DNA of 24,893 nucleotides, taken from positions 1 through 24,893 of IMG/VR virus record IMGVR_UViG_2974665388_000001, one strand, 5' to 3'. How positions within the stretch are numbered: the first letter of the stretch is position 1; each line of letters starts with the position of its first letter. Source of the stretch: a virus. The notes beneath the pieces were generated by a model, which was given only the letters and a program-made list of their open reading frames with translations, was not told the DNA's origin and did no database searches. A program made the translations under genes and the position numbers. Below, one piece after another: positions 16,119 to 24,136 of this stretch.

Positions 16119-16235
16119 ATGGCTGCTCTCGGAAGCCCAGGACTAGCTGAGACGTTATCTAGCATAATGTATTGGCTCATGATAATAGGAGGGCTACTAG
16201 CTCTAGCGTATCTCCTGATTGAGGTGCTCAGATAA
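16119..16235 (+). CDS. 38-aa single-TM peptide MAALGSPGLAETLSSIMYWLMIIGGLLALAYLLIEVLR (not in track)
   Basis: Start context GGTGAGGGTTATGGCT identical to that of 20849; TAATG coupling with the next ORF. Confidence 0.7.
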   Translation: MAALGSPGLAETLSSIMYWLMIIGGLLALAYLLIEVLR

Positions 16236-16516
16236 TGAGCATCGAGGAGCTGAGGAGTATTGATGTTGAATGCATATTCAGGCTAATAGAGGAGTATGCA
16301 TCTTACCTCCCAGAGGGAACGAGGAGCGTAATACTTGAGAACTTGAGGAACAAGAGGATAGCGGATGCTAAGGCCTTCGTTGAAGGCATATTGGGGGAGA
16401 AAATAGAACCAGAGAGGCTTGTGAAGGATAACAGTTTAAAACCAGTCTTAGTTTTAGCTTTACATCGGTGCGGGAAGGGTGGGCAGGCTCCTAGTAAGGC
16501 ACTCCAGGGCATTTAG
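16235..16516 (+). CDS. Hypothetical protein, 93 aa
   Basis: TAATG coupling, natural composition. Confidence 0.7.
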   Translation: MSIEELRSIDVECIFRLIEEYASYLPEGTRSVILENLRNKRIADAKAFVEGILGEKIEPERLVKDNSLKPVLVLALHRCGKGGQAPSKALQGI

Positions 16517-17435
16517 CCTGACAAAAAAGGCTAGAGAGATTGCAAGCATACTTGGTGGGATTCTTTTAGGGCCCAATGATAACATTATAGTTGACTATCC
16601 AGCGGTTGCCCTTTATGTGCTTACGGCTAACAATCTAGACCTCGGTTTAGTTGCTTCCACGTATTTTCAGGCTAGAAGGAATATTTTCTATGCTATAGCT
16701 GAGGGAAGACCTAAGCTTCATTGGCTGGCTAGGGAGATGCTCGATAATTCAATTGTTATTGCTCCTTCTGAGTACTCTGCAAGCAAGATTAGCGAAGCGG
16801 GCATACATGTAGAGCGTGTTATCCATTTTGCAGTTACCCCTCCAAAGGTTGACTATGATTACGCTATTAGTCTGAGGCAAAAGTTCCAGGGGAAAAAGCT
16901 GGTCGTATGGGTGGGGGCTAACATGTATCGGAAGGGTGTTGATTTGATTGAGGATGCAGCGGAAACACTCGGTAACGATTATGCGGTTTACGTTGTAACT
17001 GGGCCTGGAGACTATAACATTAACGATATTAAAGCGAAGAACGTTCATGTTGACGACAGAGTGTTTAGGCTCCCCGAGGATAAGCTGGGGGCATTATATT
17101 ATGCAGCGGACGCACTCCTAATGACGACGAGGAACGAGGGGTTTGGGCTACCCTCTATAGAGGCTACACTAATAGGGACACCAGCAGTCATACCTGAACA
17201 CCCGGTGCTTCAAGAGGTCTTGGGAGACTGTGGGTTCTTTTACGAGGTGAGGAGGGTTAGGATTGAGGATTTCTTCGGCTTGATGGATATGGAATATTAC
17301 GAGCCAGATATCTCAACCCTGCCTGAAGCGATGGAGAGGGCTCTTAGGGAGGGGGTTTTAACTAGGTGTATTAGCGTCCTTAGTAAGAGGTTTGGCCCAG
17401 ATAATTACAAGGCGTTTCTTAGGTACTTGATTTAG
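16479..17435 (+). CDS. GT-B fold glycosyltransferase, family 4-like
   Basis: WVGANMYRKG and RNEGFGLPSIEATLIGTP signatures. Confidence 0.9.
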   Translation: MGRLLVRHSRAFSLTKKAREIASILGGILLGPNDNIIVDYPAVALYVLTANNLDLGLVASTYFQARRNIFYAIAEGRPKLHWLAREMLDNSIVIAPSEYSASKISEAGIHVERVIHFAVTPPKVDYDYAISLRQKFQGKKLVVWVGANMYRKGVDLIEDAAETLGNDYAVYVVTGPGDYNINDIKAKNVHVDDRVFRLPEDKLGALYYAADALLMTTRNEGFGLPSIEATLIGTPAVIPEHPVLQEVLGDCGFFYEVRRVRIEDFFGLMDMEYYEPDISTLPEAMERALREGVLTRCISVLSKRFGPDNYKAFLRYLI

Positions 17436-17440
17436 GAGGG

Positions 17441-18613
17441 GTGAGAGGCGTGAGAGTTCTGATAACAGGTGTAACTGGGTTCAAGGGCTCTTATCTTGCG
17501 AAGAGGCTCGTTGAGGAGGGATGGAGGGTTTTCGGGCTGGTCAGGGGGAGAAGCGATAACCACAGATTCGTAAGGCTTAGACTACTGGGGATTCTCGATA
17601 ACGTGGAGCTTGTTGATGGGGACATGACAGACCCTGTGAGCTTGCAGAGAGCGATAGCTAAGACCCAGCCGGACGTGATATTTCACCTTGCGGCTCAATC
17701 TTTCGTTGGAAGGAGTTTCGAGGCTCCGCTGGAAACATTTAACATTAACGCTTACGGGACGGTAGCCCTACTTGAGGCTGCAAGAGCTCATGTACCAGAC
17801 TCTAAGATAATCGTTGCAGGTAGCAGTGAGGAGTATGGTAAACAGTTCATATCGGAGATGCAGTGGGAGAGGAGCGGGAAGCCGGGTCCAGAGCCTAAAA
17901 GGCTCCCCGAGCTCCCGATTCGTGAAGACAACCCGCTTAGACCTGTTAGCCCATATGCTTTGAGTAAGGTTGTTGAGGACTTTGCTTGCCAGGCCTATGC
18001 TAGGATGTATAACATGGATTGTACAGTTCTCAGGGTCTTCAATACTGAGGGCCCTCTCAGGGGAGAGGTCTTCGTTACGGCATCAATAGTGAAGCAGCTT
18101 GTAGCAGTCAAGAACGGCTTGAGAAAATATGTCGAGCTAGGCAACGTTGCAGCTATGAGGGACTGGTCTCATATCGAGGACACCATTGAGGCTTATTATA
18201 ACGCTACAAAGGTGAGAGGAGGCGTTTACAACGTTGGTAGCGGGAGGATTAACAGTGTGCTCTACTTCCTTGTTAGAGCGTTTAACGCTGTGTTTAATGA
18301 TGAGGCAGAACTCGTTAGGATAGAGGATAGGAACGTTATTACACTGTTCCCAGAGGAGGTTGACGAGATGATTTTGAGTTACATGAAGGAAGGTGTTGAA
18401 CCATTCAAGCCAGGCATGAGGATATCTGTGATAGGCAAGAGACATAGTGTTGATGTGGTTCTTAGCAGAGAGAGGTTCAGGCCTGCTGACGTTCCTCTGC
18501 TACAAGCTGACTATTCAAGGTTTGCACAAGCTACTGGATGGAAGCCTATGAGGAGCCTAGACGACATCATAGAGGACCTTGTAAGCTTCTATACTGGAAG
18601 GTGGAAGCCTTGA
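17441..18613 (+). CDS. gmd: GDP-mannose 4,6-dehydratase-like extended SDR
   Basis: VLITGVTGFKGSYLA, HLAAQSFVGRSF, SSEEYG, SPYALSK (YxxxK), FNTEGPLRGEVFVT, RDWSH, RPADV. Confidence 0.9.
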   Translation: MRGVRVLITGVTGFKGSYLAKRLVEEGWRVFGLVRGRSDNHRFVRLRLLGILDNVELVDGDMTDPVSLQRAIAKTQPDVIFHLAAQSFVGRSFEAPLETFNINAYGTVALLEAARAHVPDSKIIVAGSSEEYGKQFISEMQWERSGKPGPEPKRLPELPIREDNPLRPVSPYALSKVVEDFACQAYARMYNMDCTVLRVFNTEGPLRGEVFVTASIVKQLVAVKNGLRKYVELGNVAAMRDWSHIEDTIEAYYNATKVRGGVYNVGSGRINSVLYFLVRAFNAVFNDEAELVRIEDRNVITLFPEEVDEMILSYMKEGVEPFKPGMRISVIGKRHSVDVVLSRERFRPADVPLLQADYSRFAQATGWKPMRSLDDIIEDLVSFYTGRWKP

Positions 18614-19269
18614 AGGCCCTCCAACGGATGGAGAAAGTGGTGGAACAGGCCAAGAAATGGGCTAGCAAGGGAGACGGAATCATTAGCGGTAGTGTTGCAG
18701 CATGGCTACAGGGAATTAAATTGCAGCTTCGAGACGCAGACATAATTGTTAAGAAGATGCCTAGCATTAAGGAAGTGGAGATAGTGAAGGCCGAGAGGGT
18801 TGTTTACGGGAGCACTATAAACGACGTTGTTGCATTCATTGATGATGGGGTTGGTGTGGAACTAGTTGCTAATCCAGTTGTGTACAGGTACCTTGCTGAG
18901 AGAGGTGTTGTGGTTGATGGGCTGAAGGTTGTGTCGTTGAGTGAAGTATTTGCAATGAAGCTGGCAAAGCTTGCAATAAGCCTTGGAGCCAGTAAAGCAG
19001 ATATTATCTGGCATCAAGTGCCAAAGACGGTATCAGACTTACTGTTGCTTTACGATGAAGGCGTTGTTGATTTTGCCCGTGTAAGAGATTTCATCGAGAC
19101 GTTTGGGTTCAGGGACGCTATTGCATTGCTAAGATACAGCCATATTGCTCTTGAAGTGCAGATGTCGTTTACTCTAGCATCATACTATCTTGGAATATAC
19201 GATTACGAGGAGGTTATGGAGATTTATCGAAGCATGATGAGGGAGACGTTGGAGGTGCTCGGGGTATGA
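18610..19269 (+). CDS. Pol-beta-superfamily nucleotidyltransferase 1 (AbiEii/MenT-like)
   Basis: IISGSVAAWLQG...RDADI, VELV, VVSLSEVFAMKL; TTG 18610 overlaps the gmd stop (TTGA), SD GGTGGA (track start 18538). Confidence 0.7.
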   Translation: MKALQRMEKVVEQAKKWASKGDGIISGSVAAWLQGIKLQLRDADIIVKKMPSIKEVEIVKAERVVYGSTINDVVAFIDDGVGVELVANPVVYRYLAERGVVVDGLKVVSLSEVFAMKLAKLAISLGASKADIIWHQVPKTVSDLLLLYDEGVVDFARVRDFIETFGFRDAIALLRYSHIALEVQMSFTLASYYLGIYDYEEVMEIYRSMMRETLEVLGV

Positions 19270-19865
19270 GGTTAAGGGCTTACACGTTAGAAGACCTAGC
19301 TAGAGTCTATAAAAAGGTAGATGCGAAGTTCAAAGTCGTTGTTGGGGATATTGTGGCCTGCATCTATGGATATCCTTGCTTGGCTAAAGACATTGACTTA
19401 GTTATGCCGCTTGAGCTAGCTGGGAGGCTCAAGAACCTGCCAGGCGTGAAACTCGGAGAAGGCAAGGTTGTTGAAACAGAGATTGACGGCATAAACGTTA
19501 GCTTCAACCTTGAGCCCATGTTCAGGCTTAAGCTATTCTACATGCCTTTTATTGAGGTATCAAGGATTAACGGGGTAGAGGTTGCTCATTACTCTCTGGA
19601 AAGGTATGTTGCTGGACGGCTGAAAAGGCTAATAATAATGCTAAGGAACGGGAAGGAGAATATCTATCTCATACCTTATCAGTTGATGGACTTGGTGCCA
19701 ATCCTGTGTGATAAGAGAGAGATACTATTGGGGGCTAGGCGTATTCTTGAGAGGAGGTTTGACATGGATTATAACGAGTTGTTGCGGATGAATAGGGACA
19801 TTATTGATGCTGCAAACAATATGAGTAGAGACATATTCGGAGTTGCTTGCAGATGGTCGTGGTGA
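19266..19865 (+). CDS. Pol-beta-superfamily nucleotidyltransferase 2
   Basis: VVVGDIVACIYG...KDIDLV, YSLERYVAGRLKRL; ATGA coupling. Confidence 0.65.
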   Translation: MRLRAYTLEDLARVYKKVDAKFKVVVGDIVACIYGYPCLAKDIDLVMPLELAGRLKNLPGVKLGEGKVVETEIDGINVSFNLEPMFRLKLFYMPFIEVSRINGVEVAHYSLERYVAGRLKRLIIMLRNGKENIYLIPYQLMDLVPILCDKREILLGARRILERRFDMDYNELLRMNRDIIDAANNMSRDIFGVACRWSW

Positions 19866-19868
19866 ATC

Positions 19869-20537
19869 GTGGTGGTATGGATAAGGGATAGGTGTTGCTT
19901 GAGGGCATTAAGCCTTGCAGAAGCCGTTTTAAAGGAGAGTACAGCGTTCCCTGCTGGGAGCCTTTTGCTCCTCAAGGGTGGTGTTCAGACTTACTTTAGG
20001 GATATTGATATTATGAGTACTGTTGAGGATTACGAGAGGAATGCTGAAGTTTTCAATAGAATCCTGAGTGAATGCACAGTCTTGAAGCATAGATGGCTTG
20101 CTAGGAGCTGTTTTGGTTGCCCTGTCGAGCTTATACCCGTCCCGAGCTTCCTAAAGGAAGAATACGAGAGGAGGGGCCCAGTAGAGTTTTGGCTTGGAAC
20201 TAACATTGCGAAACTTACACGTTGGAAGCACGAGTTCACGGCTGCAAAGTTCCTAGCAAAACTTTTTGTCGTGTTGTCCCAGGTGGATGATATTAGCATT
20301 GAAGATGTTAGGGAGCACTTAGAGGTTCAGAGGAAAGTTGGTTACATGCGGGGTAAGATTCAGATTAAAAAGAGCACGTTTACTCCTGCATATTATCTTT
20401 ACAGATACATCTATATTAGCGATGATACGAGGTTTGTTGAAGCAGCTTATGAGCACGAGTTAGGCGTATTCTCATCAAGGCTTATTGCATTTTTTGAGAG
20501 GCTTCGCTCACACGGAATACCCGTTGAAATCCTTTAG
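19869..20537 (+). CDS. Pol-beta-superfamily nucleotidyltransferase 3
   Basis: FPAGSLLLLKGG...RDIDIM, PVELI, AAKFLAKL. Confidence 0.65.
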   Translation: MVVWIRDRCCLRALSLAEAVLKESTAFPAGSLLLLKGGVQTYFRDIDIMSTVEDYERNAEVFNRILSECTVLKHRWLARSCFGCPVELIPVPSFLKEEYERRGPVEFWLGTNIAKLTRWKHEFTAAKFLAKLFVVLSQVDDISIEDVREHLEVQRKVGYMRGKIQIKKSTFTPAYYLYRYIYISDDTRFVEAAYEHELGVFSSRLIAFFERLRSHGIPVEIL

Positions 20538-20550
20538 AAACCTTTATTAT
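20538..20550 (+). promoter_or_regulatory. BRE-TATA-like promoter AAACCTTTATTAT
   Basis: Intergenic, about 36 nt upstream of ATG 20586. Confidence 0.6.
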
Positions 20551-20585
20551 GGGTCTGCATCATTGTATATGGATGGTGCCCAGCG

Positions 20586-20828
20586 ATGGACCCGGAGCTG
20601 AAACCCATTATTCGGCTTATCCTTCTAAGGCTCGTGGAAGAGCCCGGGGCAAGAATGAAATATAGAAAGCTTTACAGATATGTTCAAGAGCACGCAAAGA
20701 AATTCGGGGTATCCCCAACTGAAGCCATTTACGCAGCAGCCAACCTAGACCTTATTGTTATTGAGGGAGACGAGGTAAGGCTGACAGAGAAGGGGGAGAA
20801 AGAAACATTTATAATAATGGGATGGTAG
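20586..20828 (+). CDS. Winged-helix protein, 80 aa
   Basis: Helices followed by the wing LIVIEGDEVRLTEKG. Confidence 0.8.
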   Translation: MDPELKPIIRLILLRLVEEPGARMKYRKLYRYVQEHAKKFGVSPTEAIYAAANLDLIVIEGDEVRLTEKGEKETFIIMGW

Positions 20829-20848
20829 CTAGAGTTATGGTGAGGGTT

Positions 20849-21019
20849 ATGGCTAGCCCATTAGATTTATCATCAATATTCGGCCAGCTAGTGCCAATAT
20901 TCGTGTTCATCATGATATTTGTACTGCTGATTACGCTGTTCAAGACCCTCTTCAGAACAATATCAGGGGCCTCTGCTAGGAGGTTTCCAAGCATCTTAGC
21001 TAGGATAAGGGGCAGGTAA
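20849..21019 (+). CDS. 56-aa membrane peptide MASPLDLSSIFGQLVPIF... (MASP family) with basic tail
   Basis: ATG 20849 after SD GGTGAGGG (track start 20822); homologous to 6681 and 6826. Confidence 0.85.
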   Translation: MASPLDLSSIFGQLVPIFVFIMIFVLLITLFKTLFRTISGASARRFPSILARIRGR

Positions 21020-21032
21020 GGAGGGGATAGCC

Positions 21033-21305
21033 ATGCCCACGTTCAAGGTCTATCTCTGGGAGTGGGATACTGAGAATGGAGAGTATGTCTATCGAGATTA
21101 TGAAGGAGAGACAGTAGAGGCTGCAAATGAGGAGGACCTCTGGAGGACGCTTGAGAGTTGGCTTAGGGATATAGCTAAGGAGGCTGCAGGGGAAGGCTGG
21201 GACTGTGAGTTTACACCTAATGCAGAACTACTCTGTACAAGATGTGAAGAGGGATACTGTGAATCGAGGCAGATAGGCTATGATGTAGAAAAGGTTAGCC
21301 CATAA
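21033..21305 (+). CDS. Acidic 90-aa protein with four Cys
   Basis: SD GGAGGGG; E/D-rich. Confidence 0.8.
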   Translation: MPTFKVYLWEWDTENGEYVYRDYEGETVEAANEEDLWRTLESWLRDIAKEAAGEGWDCEFTPNAELLCTRCEEGYCESRQIGYDVEKVSP

Positions 21306-21342
21306 CACCTTTTAGCCCAAAAGCAGCCGAAATTAGAAACGG

Positions 21343-21627
21343 GTGGAAGGCTTGGAAAGGGATGTCTTCTGTGTTGTGGCTGGTAAGGGCTATCAGGGGA
21401 CATCTGTAGTTGGGGCTACTATCGTGTGCTATAGGACGTATGATGACACAAAGCAGATAACTATCAAGGCTACTAAGGCTGGGAGGACAATGGGGGGTAG
21501 GAGTGTCTGGAGAATGTGGATTGAGGGAAGACCCGAGACCGAGAACACAGTATTTATTAGAAGGGCAACAGAGGAGGAGCTTAGGAGGATGGCACATCTC
21601 CTATTCGGGCACATGGTGCCAAAGTGA
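21343..21627 (+). CDS. Hypothetical protein, 94 aa
   Basis: GTG start, beta-rich composition, same strand as neighbours. Confidence 0.65.
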   Translation: MEGLERDVFCVVAGKGYQGTSVVGATIVCYRTYDDTKQITIKATKAGRTMGGRSVWRMWIEGRPETENTVFIRRATEEELRRMAHLLFGHMVPK

Positions 21628-21739
21628 TTAGTTGAATACTCAGAAGAGGTTGGGGATGTCCTCTAACCCCTCAAACCTTAATTTTATCCTGGGGTAGCTC
21701 CCTTGTTTGAGGTGTTGATACTGATGAGGCTATTCAGAG

Positions 21740-22000
21740 ATGTTCTTAGAGGGCTCAAGCTATTCTTCAAGAGTTTTTTTCGATAGAGACCCTGCCTGGG
21801 TTAAGAGGTTCAAGTATGAAGTCAAGCTCATCCATGAGCAAGGAGGAAGAATCATAAAGGCTGTGGAGTGCAATGATGGATATGCTATGGTCTTTGAGGT
21901 AAAAGGAAAGAGATATTATCAAAGGTGCTGGAGTAGAGGCATAATAGTATCATGTTATACAGGATATGTGGAGGGAAGGAAGTATGGCAGCCTATGTTGA
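21740..22000 (+). CDS. Hypothetical protein, 86 aa, three Cys
   Basis: ATG after GAGG-type SD; fills the gene run. Confidence 0.6.
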   Translation: MFLEGSSYSSRVFFDRDPAWVKRFKYEVKLIHEQGGRIIKAVECNDGYAMVFEVKGKRYYQRCWSRGIIVSCYTGYVEGRKYGSLC

Positions 22001-22109
22001 TGATTATGATGAAGAATGCAAGGAAATCTGCAAGAGGATATGCAGGGAGCTTAAGCATAAGAAGGAAGAAAATGAGTATGAGCTCTATCAGGGGACCATA
22101 GGGCATTAG
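21984..22109 (+). CDS. 41-aa protein MAAYVDDYDEECKEICKRICRELKHKKEENEYELYQGTIGH (not in track)
   Basis: SD GGAGGG; CxxxCxxxC helix; overlaps the upstream stop. Confidence 0.6.
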   Translation: MAAYVDDYDEECKEICKRICRELKHKKEENEYELYQGTIGH

Positions 22110-22120
22110 GGGGATTCCAC

Positions 22121-22456
22121 ATGGTTAAGGTCTATGCCATTGACAGGGATGGAACTCTTGAGACTGGAGAGCCTCCAGGTCCTCTCAAGATATGCCAAGT
22201 CCTCAAGCTCCTCAAGCAAGGACACATCCTCTACTCCTATGGAAATTACAAGCTGATTGAGGAGCTGCCCATTCCCTATGCCCCAGGGAGGGACAAATGG
22301 CAGAGGCTCAAGTGGATAATGGAGAGGCATCCTGATGCAGAGGAGTACATCTATATTGATGATGTGGACCAAAAGATGCCTGGATGGAAGTGGCTTAAAC
22401 CCGAGGAGGCAGCAAGGATGATAGGACCGTGCCCCCATGAGGAGAGGGCCCTATGA
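22121..22456 (+). CDS. Minimal capless HAD-superfamily phosphatase
   Basis: Motif I AIDRDGTL (DxDGT), motif IV YIDD, Lys in RDKWQRL as candidate motif III. Confidence 0.75.
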   Translation: MVKVYAIDRDGTLETGEPPGPLKICQVLKLLKQGHILYSYGNYKLIEELPIPYAPGRDKWQRLKWIMERHPDAEEYIYIDDVDQKMPGWKWLKPEEAARMIGPCPHEERAL

Positions 22457-22498
22457 GGAGCGGGGAGCAATGACTGGGGAGCCCCACCTGAGGGGTGT

Positions 22499-22508
22499 GT
22501 GCCAAAAC
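22499..22508. repeat. Lone half-site GTGCCAAAAC
   Basis: Identical to the arms at 14170 and 22709. Confidence 0.8.
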
Positions 22509-22690
22509 CTCTCCTATAATAAAAATCTCTCCTTAGTAGGCTCGGGAAATGAGAAGAATAACCCCCCGGGATTGGGAGGCCCAAAGGAGAAACCATCAAA
22601 GGGGAAATGGCACACAGGACCATAATTCCAACTCTACATAGTCTAGGGAGTATCCTTAACTGAAGGCCTCTTCCTCATTGTTTAGAGGGG

Positions 22691-22718
22691 GTTTTGGCAC
22701 AGACACAAGTGCCAAAAC
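22691..22718. repeat. Perfect palindrome GTTTTGGCAC-AGACACAA-GTGCCAAAAC (10-8-10), candidate tyrosine-recombinase site / ssDNA hairpin
   Basis: Read directly; the architecture of two inverted arms with an asymmetric 8-nt spacer is typical of lox/FRT-type sites. Confidence 0.85.
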
Positions 22719-22758
22719 TGTGCCAGCATCATTGTCCATATGAAAAGGTCATCAGATA

Positions 22759-22839
22759 ATGGGGGTCCCAATCCGCTTGCTTATGGTATCCCAGCCATGA
22801 GGCTCATGGTATCCCAACTTCATCAGTCATGGTATCCCA
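22759..22839 (+). repeat. Direct repeats ATGGTATCCCA x3 (22783, 22806, 22829) plus degenerate ATGGGGGTCCCA (22759); exact 23-nt period; iteron-like
   Basis: 3' ends at 22770, 22793, 22816, 22839. Confidence 0.85.
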
Positions 22840-23034
22840 CATTATCATTACTATGTTTCAAAGCCCTCTTTCAAACATCATGAATCATTGATGTGAATAG
22901 GGCTTCGGCCTGTGCCAATTTGCAAGTTTTGAGTTAATAGGCATAAGAGTTTAGCTTATAGATGGTACAGAAGAGTTGTGTCTTTAAGCCAATCACCTTA
23001 CCAATTAAGGTATGTTTCCCAGCATACTCTAGCC

Positions 23035-23120
23035 TACCATCAAGTATGCTTTTTTCCATTCACTTAGAATACCCGAAGCTTACCATTCAGTATGCATAGT
23101 AATACCATCAAGCATACCAT
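23035..23120 (+). repeat. TACCAT-core repeats (23035, 23081, 23103, 23115), inverted relative to the ATGGTA cores
   Basis: TACCATCAAGTATGC, TACCATTCAGTATGC, TACCATCAAGCATAC read directly. Confidence 0.7.
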
Positions 23121-23496
23121 CATGGATGCTAGGTGGATATATCGGGGTATGCTCCTTAAAAGTGCGGTCTCCACAAGAAACAATATCGGTCGGAGGGGTT
23201 TGGTGGTGGATGAGGAATCATTCACCACAATCTTAAGGAGGCTTCATATGCCAGGATACCTCAAGGCTCTGCTGTACATCGCATATAAGTCTAAGAAGAC
23301 GGAGAACGGGGTTGTGCAGCTTCCGTTAGTGCTGAGAAGAAGCAAGTACCCGTTTAACCGCAACGACATCTATAGGCTTGAGTATGAGGGGATGATTGCT
23401 ATGGTTAAGGAAGAGAATAGGATAGTCGTTTCAATGCTTGCTAAGGGCTGGGAGGAGCTCAAGGCTTTAAGAGAAATCTTGGAGGTGGTCTCATGA
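23092..23496 (+). CDS. Winged-helix protein (real start probably ATG 23122 or 23149)
   Basis: C-terminal IYRLEYEGMIAMVKEENRIVVSMLAKGWEEL wing; the N-terminal codons overlap the repeats. Confidence 0.7.
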   Translation: MHSNTIKHTIMDARWIYRGMLLKSAVSTRNNIGRRGLVVDEESFTTILRRLHMPGYLKALLYIAYKSKKTENGVVQLPLVLRRSKYPFNRNDIYRLEYEGMIAMVKEENRIVVSMLAKGWEELKALREILEVVS

Positions 23497-23777
23497 AGGT
23501 GATTCAGACAAAGTTGGGTGAGGAGGAGTATAAGGTTCTAAAGGAGATTGCAGAGGCTCAAGGAGTCAGCATGTACGAGCTCGTTAGAAGGATAGTGTTG
23601 AAGGAGCTTGCAAAGATGGGGAAGGTAAAGCGGGATAAGATTAACAGTCAAGACAGGCTAGAGGAGCTTGAACATAGGGTATCAATGTTGGAGGAGCGAG
23701 TTAAGAGAATCGAGACGGATATCAAAGAAATCAAGCAACGACTCCAGAGGAACTCGATTGATAGGTGGGTGAGATAA
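23493..23777 (+). CDS. RHH (CopG-like) protein with coiled coil
   Basis: VIQTKLGEEEYKVLKEIAEAQGVSMYELVRRIV; heptads LEELEHRVSMLEERVKRIE. Confidence 0.85.
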   Translation: MKVIQTKLGEEEYKVLKEIAEAQGVSMYELVRRIVLKELAKMGKVKRDKINSQDRLEELEHRVSMLEERVKRIETDIKEIKQRLQRNSIDRWVR

Positions 23778-24136
23778 TGAACAAGATAGACAAGGATATA
23801 CTTGAGGCCGTGATGAAGATGACAAACCAGAGGCGTGATGTTAAGATAACGAAGGATGAGCTGTTTGTTTACATGTACCTGAGCATGAAGAGGAATGGCT
23901 TGAAACCATATAGCTTCGAGACGATAGCCAGGAGACTTAGAATCCTCGTTAGAAAGGGCTACTTTACCGTGAAATACGTTGAAGAGAAGAAAGGCAATCT
24001 GAAGTGGAGAAGAGCATACTACATTCCACGAAGGCTAACAATAGCTGCAAAGCTGAAGGCAGAGCAGTTAAGGTCTGCTACTCTAACAGTTTATGGGGTT
24101 AAAGTTGGAGCCAGCAGTAACAGCAGCGAGCGATGA
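23765..24136 (+). CDS. Winged-helix protein (start probably ATG 23777)
   Basis: SFETIARRLRILVRKGYF followed by a beta wing ending AYYIP. Confidence 0.8.
   Translation: MGEIMNKIDKDILEAVMKMTNQRRDVKITKDELFVYMYLSMKRNGLKPYSFETIARRLRILVRKGYFTVKYVEEKKGNLKWRRAYYIPRRLTIAAKLKAEQLRSATLTVYGVKVGASSNSSER

Noticed and set aside
22472-22485. GACTGGGG / GGGAGCCCC similarity to nt 8-20
   Set aside because: 8-9 nt G-rich matches in a G-rich strand are near chance level.
22437-22625. 62-aa + strand ORF
   Set aside because: Low-complexity G/P/K composition, overlaps a palindrome half-site and an AT-rich element; more likely non-coding.
22759-22839. Mini-CRISPR array
   Set aside because: Repeats of 11 nt with 12-nt spacers are far too short, and there is no CRISPR-type repeat end.
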